This document shows, one piece after another, positions 39,681-49,243 of a stretch of 64,000 bases of DNA. The DNA is from Rebecca billardiae RCC1528 (taxonomy: Eukaryota; Protista; Haptophyta). Within the stretch, counting starts at the first letter, position 1. Each line of letters begins with the position of its first letter. The stretch lies in contig OZ251224.1 in NCBI GenBank assembly GCA_965240325.2, positions 4,092,001 through 4,156,000 on the forward strand. Reading direction: 5' to 3'. Below the pieces are notes generated by a model that was given only the letters and a program-made list of their open reading frames with translations, was not told the DNA's origin and made no database searches. The translations under genes and the position numbers were made by a program.

Positions 39681-41024
39681 ATGGGGGTGTGCGCGTCGAC
39701 CGCCGCGGCCCCAGCGGCGCGGCTCTCGAGCTTTCCCCCCGGCACGCTCGCGGGCAGGGCAGACGGCGCCGACTCCGACGCGGACGGCGCATCTGAGCAC
39801 GGCTCTGAGCCCGAGTGGCTGGACGTGGGGCTGGTGAACGCCTTCGACGACCCGCCGCCGCCGAGCGCGGAGGAGGACGCAGAGGACGTCGCGGGTACGT
39901 TCAGGCCCAGCGGTGGCGGCTGGCGCCACGCACTGCCGCACGCGGGCGCGTACACGCCGGTGCAGTGGACGCGCGCGCCGCCGTGCGCATGCGTGGACTG
40001 GGCGGGCAAGCGCAGCGAGCTGTGCTGCTGCGCGCTGCCCGCCGCGTTCGCGTGCGTCGCGGCGTGCGCCGGCGTGACGCGCCCGGGCGCGCGCGCGCAG
40101 CTCCTCCGCGTCGGCGAGCCCGCGTGGCACGACGCGCTCGCCGCGCACCTCTGGCTGCACCGCGGCTCCGACTGCCCGCTCGACCTGCGCGGCTGGTGGT
40201 GGGTCGATGGCGAGCTGGCGCGCAGCGGCGAGCTCGTCTCGTTCGATGGCGCGCGCTGGGCCGCCGAGCAGGGCGGGCGCGTGACGTGCACGCTCGACGG
40301 CGGCGTCGCCACACCGCGCGAGCACACCCTCGCCGGCTACGCGCGCGCCGCCGCCGCGCTGCTCGGCGCGCGCGGGCGGCGCACGTGGGAGTGGGAGCGC
40401 CCCGCCCCCCTGAGCGGTGGCGGCGGTGGCGGCGGCGGCGGCTACGAGCGCGCGTTCGAGCAGCCGGGCGCGGTGTGGCTCTTCCGCACCGCGGCGGACG
40501 AGTTCAGAGTCGTGGAGTTCGACGACGAGTGCGGCGCGACCAACGCGCTGCGCGCCATGTATCGACTGCGCCGCGTCATGCGCCCGCGCGCGCGCGCCAG
40601 GGCGGGCGGCGCGCCCTCCGACGCCGACGCCGCCAGTGGCTCGGGCTGGCGCGTGCGCAAGCTGGCCGCGCTGGCCGAGTACGTTGCGCGCGCGCGCGCG
40701 CCGCCGCCGCACGAGCCGCACGAGCTCCTCGGGCGCTGCTGCGGCTGGGCAGGCGCGCCCACCTACGGCTGCGGCGTCGGCGCGGCCGAGCGCGTCGACA
40801 ACGCCGTCGTGCCGCTCAACCCGCTCGCGCACGTGATGTGGCGGCAGGGCGAGGCCGCCGTCGGAGCCGGTGGCGGCCGGCGTAGGCTGCAGTCTGACAA
40901 AGGCACCGGTGCTGCTGCCGCCGATGACGACGATGACGACGAGCACGCTGCACCAGCAATGCCGGGACGACAGGGCACTACGACTCTGAGAGACTACGAC
41001 GCTTCGAGTGGTACGTACTCGTAG
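39681..41024 (+). CDS. Hypothetical protein with possible N-myristoylation/palmitoylation signal
   Basis: 447-aa ATG ORF, coding-like codon usage, starts MGVCAS, Trp/Cys-rich globular core; no family recognised. Confidence 0.6.
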   Translation: MGVCASTAAAPAARLSSFPPGTLAGRADGADSDADGASEHGSEPEWLDVGLVNAFDDPPPPSAEEDAEDVAGTFRPSGGGWRHALPHAGAYTPVQWTRAPPCACVDWAGKRSELCCCALPAAFACVAACAGVTRPGARAQLLRVGEPAWHDALAAHLWLHRGSDCPLDLRGWWWVDGELARSGELVSFDGARWAAEQGGRVTCTLDGGVATPREHTLAGYARAAAALLGARGRRTWEWERPAPLSGGGGGGGGGYERAFEQPGAVWLFRTAADEFRVVEFDDECGATNALRAMYRLRRVMRPRARARAGGAPSDADAASGSGWRVRKLAALAEYVARARAPPPHEPHELLGRCCGWAGAPTYGCGVGAAERVDNAVVPLNPLAHVMWRQGEAAVGAGGGRRRLQSDKGTGAAAADDDDDDEHAAPAMPGRQGTTTLRDYDASSGTYS

Positions 41025-41167
41025 GCGTAGCCGTTAGGCCCGTTAGCTACAGACAGTATTCAGTAGTAAGCTACTACATCATCGTCAGATGTATGTCCGG
41101 GGCTGCGCGAATGAAGCGTCACGCGGATATAATAGCATATATATTTTATTAAATAAATAAATAATTA

Positions 41168-42971
41168 TGGCCCGCGGTGCAGGGCGGAGCGCGCAGCGTG
41201 GAGCCCGCACCAGCGGGCCCGAACCACGTTTCAAAAAGATCTTTTATCAAGAAAAAGGGACGCGGGGGCCGATTTTTAGGGCTGGCGGAGACCGAGTTTT
41301 GATTTTTGAGACCCTCTCTACACACGCATCACGGAGAAAAAAACCGCGCCCACGAGATTCCCCTAATCAATCGTGGACGGCCGGGCGTGAGAGTTCACTT
41401 CTGTGTGAAGTAGGACGGTTACAAGTCCAATACGTAAGCGTCAGCTTCTTTGAGGCTATTTTTGCACGTCCTTACGGGATCAGCGAAGTAACCAACCGAT
41501 ATATATTGGCTTCGTCGGGGTCGTATTCACTACTGGAGAACATTTGCACCGCGCTTCGTATTCATGTGTATGGTTCACGCAGGCATAAAATCGCTTCGTC
41601 GGGGTCGTATCCACTATACTGGAGAACATCATTTGCACCGCTTCGTTTTCATACATTATAATGTATATGGTTCATGGACTGCTACGGGGTCGAGCAGAAT
41701 ATCATCGATATTCATCAGGCGCACGTGTGCGTATTCATCATCAGCCTTCGGGAATTGGGAGTAGCTATTGGCCTTTTATTTGCCCTCTGGCGAGCCAGTT
41801 GTGCGCACTTGAGCAGGCCTTGAGCAGGCTCGAGGCCACTTTTTTGCGCTCACGTGGACATGATGCCGAGCACGTCAGCTGGCGACGCCGACGAGGACCG
41901 CGCTCGCCGCGTATTGAACGTGCTGCTCGAATCCGGGGCAGTGAAGAAGGTGGCTAAGAGCACGCTCCAGAGCATCGCTGCTGCCATCTCAGTCGTGAGG
42001 CACAAGCAGGACGTGCCCTCTGCGGCGGTGAAGTACAACGTGCCCAAATGGTCGATCTACAACTTCGTTCGCAAGGTCCGCACCGTGCTGGATGACGAGG
42101 GCGCAATCGGCAGGGGGAGCGCGACGCGACTGATCACCGACTTCACCACGCGCCCCGCAGGCCAGCTCCCTCCCTCCTCCTCACCCGGCCCAACAGCTGG
42201 CAGCCGCTTTGCGGCACTCGCCGCGCTCGACGGGGAAATGCCCGCTGCAGAGAAAGCACAGCCGCAGCGGGGGCGCCCGGCCGGCTCGCTCAGCCTGCTG
42301 GGCACGCTCAACCTAGGCGTCACGTGCTACCTCGGCTCGCTGCTGGCGGCGCTGCTCGCGTGCCCTTCCATCGTCTCGCTCGCCACATCTGCCGCGGCTG
42401 AGCAGTCCACCAACCCCATCGTGTCCCGAGCATGCGCTCGCTGGCGCTCGCGCATGTCAACTGCGAGTGGCCCAGCGAGGTGGGGCCGACGCGTAGCTTG
42501 CTCGAGCCGCTCCACGACGCGATCGCGGAGGTCTGTCGGTGGACAACGGCGTTTGGGCAGCAGCAGCAGGACGCGTGCGAGGTGCTGTACAAAATCATGG
42601 AGGCCCTGGCTGGCTGCGACGAGGCGTGCTCATACCTTGGCTTGCTCGAGTGCCTCGGTCAGCTGGCGAGCGAGCAGCCCTCGCAGCAGCAGCGCGTGCC
42701 GACGCCGACGATCTCGCAGCAGCAGCGCGTGCCGACGATCTCAGTCGGCCATGACTTCGACTGTACACAATCGGCGCCTCGCCGGCGGCTGCGATGGGCC
42801 CGCCCGGCCGCGCGGCGGGCTGCGGCGCGCCGCTGGAGTCTACTCGCTGCCGGGCTCGCGGCCGGGCGGGCCCACTCTCGATCGCGACGGAGGGTGCGAC
42901 GGAGGGTGCACCGCCACCGCGGGCCCCGAACTACGTTCGTTCTACGGAAAAGGACCGCGGAACGCGGTCAT
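41168..42971 (+). mobile_element. Helitron2/Helentron-like element, copy B, carrying coding fragments
   Basis: Same 5' end and hairpin as 33429; inverted CACCGCGGGCC at 42915-42925; terminal hairpin 42953-42969. Confidence 0.75.
41854..42770 (+). pseudogene. HTH (psq/CENP-B-like) + truncated ubiquitin-specific protease (C19) fragment, frameshift near 42428
   Basis: AAISVVRHKQDVPSAAVKYNVPKWSIYNFV (HTH); GTLNLGVTCYLGSLLAALLACP (USP Cys box); in the next frame FGQQQQDACEVLYKIMEAL (QQD box). No His box. Confidence 0.65.
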
Positions 42972-43273
42972 AATGGTTAATTATATATGGTTAATTAAAA
43001 TAGGCTGCATTCACACTGTCAGCAGGATTCTGTCGTCGTGACGAGCCCGTCGTGCGCACAGTGACGATCATTGAGACTGACGACATCGCCGTGATCATCG
43101 TGATCAATGACGATGGGATCATCAGGGACGATGGCGCGTCCGGGCTGCTCGTCTCTGCAGTAGACTCAGTGCTGACCACCGTGCCAAAACGGCGCCGATC
43201 GCGGCTGCCAGGATGACGGCGAGGATGACGTCGACTTGCACATGAGGAACGCCGCGGCCTCTACAAGCCGCAC

Positions 43274-44155
43274 TCACGCGTCGAGCTGCTCCCCGAGCGA
43301 GCCGAGCGCGGCGGCGAGGTCGAAGGGTAGCGGCGGCACTGAGACAAGCCGCACGTGCGCGCGTGTCGCGGGGTGGCGAGCGCACAGACGTCCGAGCTCG
43401 GAGGCGAAGGTCTCGACGGCCTTCGCCTCGTCGCTGCCCGCCGAAGGGGCGGTTGGCTGGTCGCGCGCCATGTACCCGATGGTGGACACGATGGTCGGCA
43501 CGTCGAAGACGATGGCAGACCTCTGCTGCTGCGCGGGCGGGTACAGGTGGGCAAAGAGCGGGCGGCGCTCCGCGCCAGCCGCCTTCACCTCGGGCTCGAC
43601 GGCGCAGATGGTGCCCGCCCGCATGGCCGCCGTGAGCAGGGCCTTTGCGTCCGACTCAGGCGCATCGGGTGGGAGCGCGGGGCCACGTGGGACGAGCACG
43701 TGCAGCCGCGGGGAGGCGGGCGCGCCGGCGAGCGAGACGCGTGCAGTCTCGAACACGCCGCGCTGGCGCTCGACACGCAGCCGCACAGCCACGCTGCCGC
43801 CGTCGCCCGGGCTCGCGTCGTCGTCGGCCCCGCTCTGGCGCAGGCTCGCCGCGAACGGCAGGACAAAGTTGTAAAAGTACGCGAGCGCCAGGCCTTTCGC
43901 GAGCGCGCGCTGCTCCCTCGCCGCCTGTGTCGCGCGGCTCGTGAGCACGCCGAGTGTGAGGAGCGCCGAGCCGAATGCCGCGGTGCGCAGGTTCGAAGCG
44001 ACGACGTTTGGGGCGCGTGCGCCGGCCAGAATCAGCGCCACGATAAGGGCCGCCCCGAGGGTGCCAGTCATGCCGCCTGCGGACGCGCCCGGCCAGGCGG
44101 CGCGCCTGTCGTGCGAGGAGAGGAGCCTCACATCGGCCACACGGACGTCCGCCAT
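43274..44155 (-). CDS. TM + bacterial-like STING-domain protein A (293 aa, ~2 TM)
   Basis: LAKGLALAYFYNFVLP...PRLHVLVP...ERRPLF...IVFDVPTIVSTI...VETFASELGRL follows the motif order of the STING cyclic-dinucleotide-binding domain. Intronless. Confidence 0.8.
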   Translation of the reverse strand: MADVRVADVRLLSSHDRRAAWPGASAGGMTGTLGAALIVALILAGARAPNVVASNLRTAAFGSALLTLGVLTSRATQAAREQRALAKGLALAYFYNFVLPFAASLRQSGADDDASPGDGGSVAVRLRVERQRGVFETARVSLAGAPASPRLHVLVPRGPALPPDAPESDAKALLTAAMRAGTICAVEPEVKAAGAERRPLFAHLYPPAQQQRSAIVFDVPTIVSTIGYMARDQPTAPSAGSDEAKAVETFASELGRLCARHPATRAHVRLVSVPPLPFDLAAALGSLGEQLDA

Positions 44156-44334
44156 CTTTGGTCGCTCGTCCCGGCGCAACAGCAAAGTCGAACCTTTAGT
44201 TGGGCCGTGATCAACCAGCGATCCGTTTTCTGAAAAGAATGCGCTCACTTTTTGATTTTTCCAGTGCAGCAGCTCTACAGCTCGTCCAAGGCGCCGCCCG
44301 GACACTGCGCTTGCGAACCAGCGCACTGGCCGGG
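44156..44334. promoter_or_regulatory. Putative bidirectional promoter of the STING pair (179 bp)
   Basis: Short AT-richer spacer between the two divergent ATGs; includes the palindrome TTTTCTGAAAA. Confidence 0.5.
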
Positions 44335-45624
44335 ATGTGCCGCACGCACGAGCTGATCGCCCAGCCGTCTCACCTCGCCGTCGACGGGTTGGAGGGTGTT
44401 TACGAGGTGAGGCAGCCGCTGACATTTGCCTCGCCGCCCAGCGGCTTCGACTGGCGCACGCCCTTCGAGTGGCTCGTCTTCGTGCTGCTGCTCGGCGTGG
44501 GGTTTGGCGTGCTGCTCGCGCTCAAGATACGAGACGCGGGGCCCGGCGCGGAGGGCGAGGTGCTCTGGCTGGTGGCGGGCGGCACGCTGTTCAACGCAGG
44601 GCAGACGCCTCTCCTCATGTCCCTCCTCGCACTCGTCACCGGCTTCGGCACGCGCCGACGCCGTGACGCGGTGCGCGTGCTCGTCGCGGCCGTTCTGTTT
44701 GGCGCCGGCGTGACGATCCTGGTCGGCGTCTCCTACCGCGCGCCCGAGGGCGGCGTGACGGAGGAAGGCGCCGAGAACATCACCGAGGACTTTCTCTTCA
44801 ACGTCTTCGAGACCGGCGCCTTCTTCTTCATCTACAAGTTCTTCTTCCTCGAGGGCGACGAGGAGGAGAAGCTGCTGACGGTCGCGGAGCGGCTGCGGGA
44901 GGTGAGCTCGTCGCCCGGCGCCGGGCTGGCGCTCGGCTACTTCTACAACTTCGTGCAGCCCGTCGTGCGCGCGATGGAGCACAACGGGGGCGCTGGCGGC
45001 GAGCTGGAGGTCACGATGGACGCCAAGGACAAGGCCGAGCGCGTGCGCACACTACGCGGCGCGGGCGGCCGCCCACCGCGGCTGCACGTGCTGGTGCCGC
45101 GCGACCTGTCGCGCGACGGCGGGCAGGACCTCAAGCAGGTGCTGCAGAGCGCGCAGACGAGCCGTGCCATCCTGCGCGGCCTGATCAAGGGGCAGCAGGG
45201 CCACCGCGACTTGCAGGTCTTCTTCCTCAAGGAGGAGGGCACGGAGTGCGCGGGCCTCTTCGACCTGCCCACCGCCATCAACGCGTGCGCCAGCCTGGTG
45301 AAGGACCTGGGCGCGGCGCGCGCCGAGTCGGACGCCGCGCGCGCGCCCGGCGCGCAGGGCGGCGGCGCGTGGGCTCGCATGCGTGCGTGGTGGGACGGCT
45401 TCGACGTGGACGAGGTGCTCGCGCCGCTCGGCCCCGAGCTCGCCTCCGCGACGGACATCACCGTGCCGCGCTTTGTCGCGGACTTTAGCAACTACCTGCT
45501 CGGGCTTGTGCGGCTGCACGGGCTGGAGGAGCGCGTCGCCCTCGTCTCCGTGCCGCAGCCGCCGCTTGACTTCGGCGCGCTCGAGCGCTCCATCGCGGCG
45601 TCGAGTGCCGCCCAGCACGCATAG
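44335..45624 (+). CDS. 4TM + bacterial-like STING-domain protein B (429 aa)
   Basis: Four hydrophobic segments, then SPGAGLALGYFYNFVQPV...PRLHVLVPRDL...GHRDLQVF...GLFDLPTAINAC...VADFSNYLLGLV. Intronless; paralog of 43274-44155. Confidence 0.85.
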   Translation: MCRTHELIAQPSHLAVDGLEGVYEVRQPLTFASPPSGFDWRTPFEWLVFVLLLGVGFGVLLALKIRDAGPGAEGEVLWLVAGGTLFNAGQTPLLMSLLALVTGFGTRRRRDAVRVLVAAVLFGAGVTILVGVSYRAPEGGVTEEGAENITEDFLFNVFETGAFFFIYKFFFLEGDEEEKLLTVAERLREVSSSPGAGLALGYFYNFVQPVVRAMEHNGGAGGELEVTMDAKDKAERVRTLRGAGGRPPRLHVLVPRDLSRDGGQDLKQVLQSAQTSRAILRGLIKGQQGHRDLQVFFLKEEGTECAGLFDLPTAINACASLVKDLGAARAESDAARAPGAQGGGAWARMRAWWDGFDVDEVLAPLGPELASATDITVPRFVADFSNYLLGLVRLHGLEERVALVSVPQPPLDFGALERSIAASSAAQHA

Positions 45625-45793
45625 ACTATGATCGAATCACGACGACATCACGACATGATCACCGATCAGCCGGACAGTCTGAAGTCGCCGTCCTGCTCAT
45701 GAGCAACGCCGACCAACCGTCGTCGTCGTCGACGACCGCGACTGCGCGGAACCGGCGCCGACGCTTGCTTCATCCGCGTGCGAGCCGTAAGCG

Positions 45794-47224
45794 ATGGCCA
45801 GCACAGCAGGGGCGCACGCGCGTTGCCTCGCGCTCGACGGCCTGCCTCCCGAGGTGCTCGGCCGCATCGTCTCGTGGCTGCCGCCGCGCGGCATCGCCAG
45901 CCTGAACGCCACCGCGCGCCTCTTCCTCGCCGCGCCGCCCGGCGGGTGCTCGCCAGTCGAGCGCGCGCTGCGTGAGCGTGCGTGCGCGCGGGGGCACGCG
46001 CGTGCTCTGCCGGTGTCGCTGCCCCCGGGCGTGCGCACGTGGACGGAGGAGTTGTTCGCGCGTGAGCGCACCCTCGCTCTTGCCCGCGCGCATGCCGCAG
46101 CCGTCGACTCCGGCAACGGCTTCAGCGCATTTGTGGACGCGGAGGGCGGGCTGCACACGTGCGGCGAGGAGGAGGAGGCAGACCATCACGGGGTGCCAAC
46201 GGGTGAGTACTCAGCGCGTTTAGCTTTGGGTCATGACGGCGACGCGACCGTGCCGACGCGCGTGCCCTCGCTGTCTTCGGTGCGCGTGGTCGCTGTGGCC
46301 GCTGGCTGGGCCCACCTGCTCGCGCTGAGCGATGCAGGCGCCGTGTACGGCTGCGGCCAGAACCGGAGGGGCCAGCTCGGGCTGGGCGACACGGTGGAGC
46401 GGCGGTCCTTCGCTCCGGTGGATGCTATGCGGCGTGAAGCCGTCGTGGGCATCGCGGCCGGCTTCCACCGCAGCCTCGCGCTCGCAGCAGCTGGGTGCGC
46501 GTACAGCTGGGGCTGCAACGGCTACGGCCAGCTCGGCCACGGAGACACGAAGGAGCGGCGGCAGCCGACGCGCTTCGAGGCACTGGAAGGCGTGCGCGTG
46601 GGCGGGGTGAGCGCGGGTGCGGTGACCACGCTTCTACTCTCGACAGGCGGTGCCGTCTACTCGTGTGGGATTGGCCGCAGTGGCCGTCTTGGTCACGGCG
46701 ATGAGCAGCATCAGCACACGCCGAAGCGCATCGAGGCGCTCGCGGGCGTGTGCGCCGTGCACGTGAGCGCGGGCCACATGCACAGCCTGGTGGTGGACGG
46801 TGGGGTGGGCGTGCACTCGTTTGGAGGGGGCTATGCAGGCTGCCTCGGCCACGAAGACAAGCGCTCGCAGCTGCTGCCCAAGCGCGTCGAGGCGCTGCGG
46901 GCTACCGTGCACGCCGTGCGCGCGTACGCTGGCCGCAAGGGCAGTGCGGTGCTGGCCGCGGACGGCACCGTGCACGCGGTTGGGGACAACAGCTGAGGCC
47001 AGCTGGGTATGCCAGGGAGGTCGCTCAGTTGGGAGGGTGCAGGGCTGTGGCCCAGGCGGGTGATCGTCCCTGCCCGTGCGCGCGTGCTGGAGTGCGCGCT
47101 TGGCCCCTTCCACGCACTCTTCGTCACGGAGGAGGGTGCCGTGTACACGTATGGCGCCAAGTCGGCCGCTCTCGGCCTTGGGCTTAGCGCGGCCCATTGC
47201 GCCCATTGCCGTGCGGATGATGTA
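45794..47224 (+). pseudogene. F-box-like + RCC1 repeat gene with in-frame TGA (46994-46996) and a MITE in the last repeat
   Basis: LDGLPPEVLGRIVSWLPPRGIASL (F-box-like); repeats AAGWAHLLAL..G.VYGCGQNRRGQLGLG; VGDNS*GQLG continues in frame into a further RCC1 repeat. Confidence 0.8.
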
Positions 47225-47791
47225 CAGGCAATCCCGGGCAATAAGAAGTCAGAGATGTCACGGCGCTAGTCTCGGTTTCTTATTAGCCGTTCGGTAGCCC
47301 GACCGTCTACGGATAGTCTGCTCAGTTTCTTAGCTAGGTCCGCCGACCGCCCGCCGCGGCCGCGCACGGGCGCGGGGGGCGCAGCCGCAGCCCGGCGCAG
47401 GGGGGCTGAGCCCCCGGCTGAGTCTTTAGGCCCGGCCGGCGAGGCCGAAGAAAACTTTTGGGCCATTTTGGAGCAAATCGGGCATATGATGTTGCATGGA
47501 TGCTGCGGTGCACTGGCCAGGAGTCAGTCATCAGGAGAAGTCGGGAATCCTTATTGGCCTGTACTCGTAGTCTTAAGTAGTCGTAGTCGGGCCGCGCGCC
47601 GCCGGTCCCACGGGCACTGCGCCTCGGCGGACCACTCGTCAGCCGCGACGACATAGTCCCGGTTTCTTAGTGTGACTACTATGCGTATAGCGAACCAGCC
47701 GCAATCGCTAGTCTCAGTTTCTAGGCCAGGTCCGCAGATAGCAAGCCCCAATTTCTTAACGTGACAGCTCCTTATTGCCCGCGATTGCCTG
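47225..47791. mobile_element. MITE, 567 bp, Tc1/mariner/pogo-like
   Basis: TIR CAGGCAATCSCGGGCAATAAGRAG at both ends with TA on each side; internal TAGTC..GTTTCT repeats. Confidence 0.85.
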
Positions 47792-48278
47792 TATTTGACC
47801 GTGACACGCTGCCACTGCGCGTCCACAGTTGCCACGCGTGCTGCCCGGCGGCCTGTCTGGCTAGTGTGTGTGACGGTCCGGCAGCGCATGCAGCCTGGCA
47901 CTGCGACCAAATACAGACCAGTAGGTAGCAGGCCGTGCGTAGTGACTGTAAAGTGTAATGGAAATCGCGCGCAGGGGCAACGCCGAGCGCGCGGGCGCGA
48001 AAAAGATGGATGACTCATAATCGTCGCGCGTGAGATTCTCGGCCTTGTACAGTTTACTATGTTTTAACGTGCACACTTGGTTAAGGCGTGATTGACCCCA
48101 TCCAACACTGCACAAAGACACCGCCACAAAACAGACCGGCGCAGGCAGGTGAGGGGCGCGTTGCCGCACCTCATCGAGGCGGCCATTGCAGCAAGCGGCC
48201 GCCCCGCGCAGTTTTATCTCGTCGTCATCGGATTTTCCTGTGACGTTGGACGCGCGATCCGTGTCCACGCGGCGAGCC

Positions 48279-49199
48279 ATGGCTGCTGCGCGCTGGTCGC
48301 GCCCAGCCGCGCGGCTGCTGCACGCGGCGCCGGCGTGGGGCGCACGGCGCGTGCGGCCGGCGCCGAGCGTGCTGCTCGGCGCATCCGCCACCGCACGCCC
48401 CGCCGCCCGGATTGCGCAGCTCGGCCTGTCGCTGCGCCCGCTTTCGGGCGAGCACACGGCGACGATCGCGCGGGCGCGCCAGTCGCGCGCGCTCAACAGC
48501 GACATCACCGCCGCCATCTCGGCGGGGCAGCTGCTGCAGATCGTGCAGCAGCGGCTCGACGAGTTCGACTCGATCAACGTCTCCACGACGTGGCACCGCC
48601 TCGGCGCGAGCGCGGGCCGCACGCCGCCGACCGAGTGGCAGGCGCTCGTGCGCGAGCACGGCCCGACACTTCTGGCGCTGCTCGTGCGCACACGCGAGCT
48701 GATGCCGCACTTTGGCGCGTGGTCGCTGTCGAACACGATGCAGGGCGTGACGAAGGCGCATCTGATCCAGTCGCCCGCCCACCGCGCCGCCGTGAGCGCC
48801 CTCTTCGACGACGCGGCGCGCGCAGCCCCGGCCAAGCTCTCCTCCGAGCTCGACCCGTCCGTGCTCGCAGAGGCGACCGTGACGACGGCGACGACGCTCG
48901 CGTCGCTCTCGGTGGCGGGCGTGGGCGGCGCGTTCTCGATCGGCGTGCTCTCCGCGTGGGGCCTCTCCGGCGCGCTCACCGCCAGCGCGCACGTCAGCCC
49001 GACCGACGTGGCGGTGCTCCTCCCGGCCGCCCTCTCCTCGGTGAGCGCGCTCGCGGCACTGATGGTCAGCCGCGAGCTCTTCGACCGGACGGTCCGGATA
49101 CGCGGGGTGTCGCTCAGGCGCGCGCGCGCGCAGGCAGAGGCGGCGGCGCTGCTTCCGGAAGACCGGCTACGCGCCGCGCGCCAGCGCGGGCGCGCGGCA

Positions 49200-49243
<44 letters not shown>

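Noticed and set aside
41168-42971. Fanzor/TnpB or Rep-helicase inside the Helitron2-like copies
   Set aside because: No RuvC, Zn-ribbon, HUH or helicase motifs seen in either copy.
39681-47791. Complete CBASS-like operon
   Set aside because: No CD-NTase, Cap2/Cap3 or TIR motifs are recognisable; only the STING receptors are supported.
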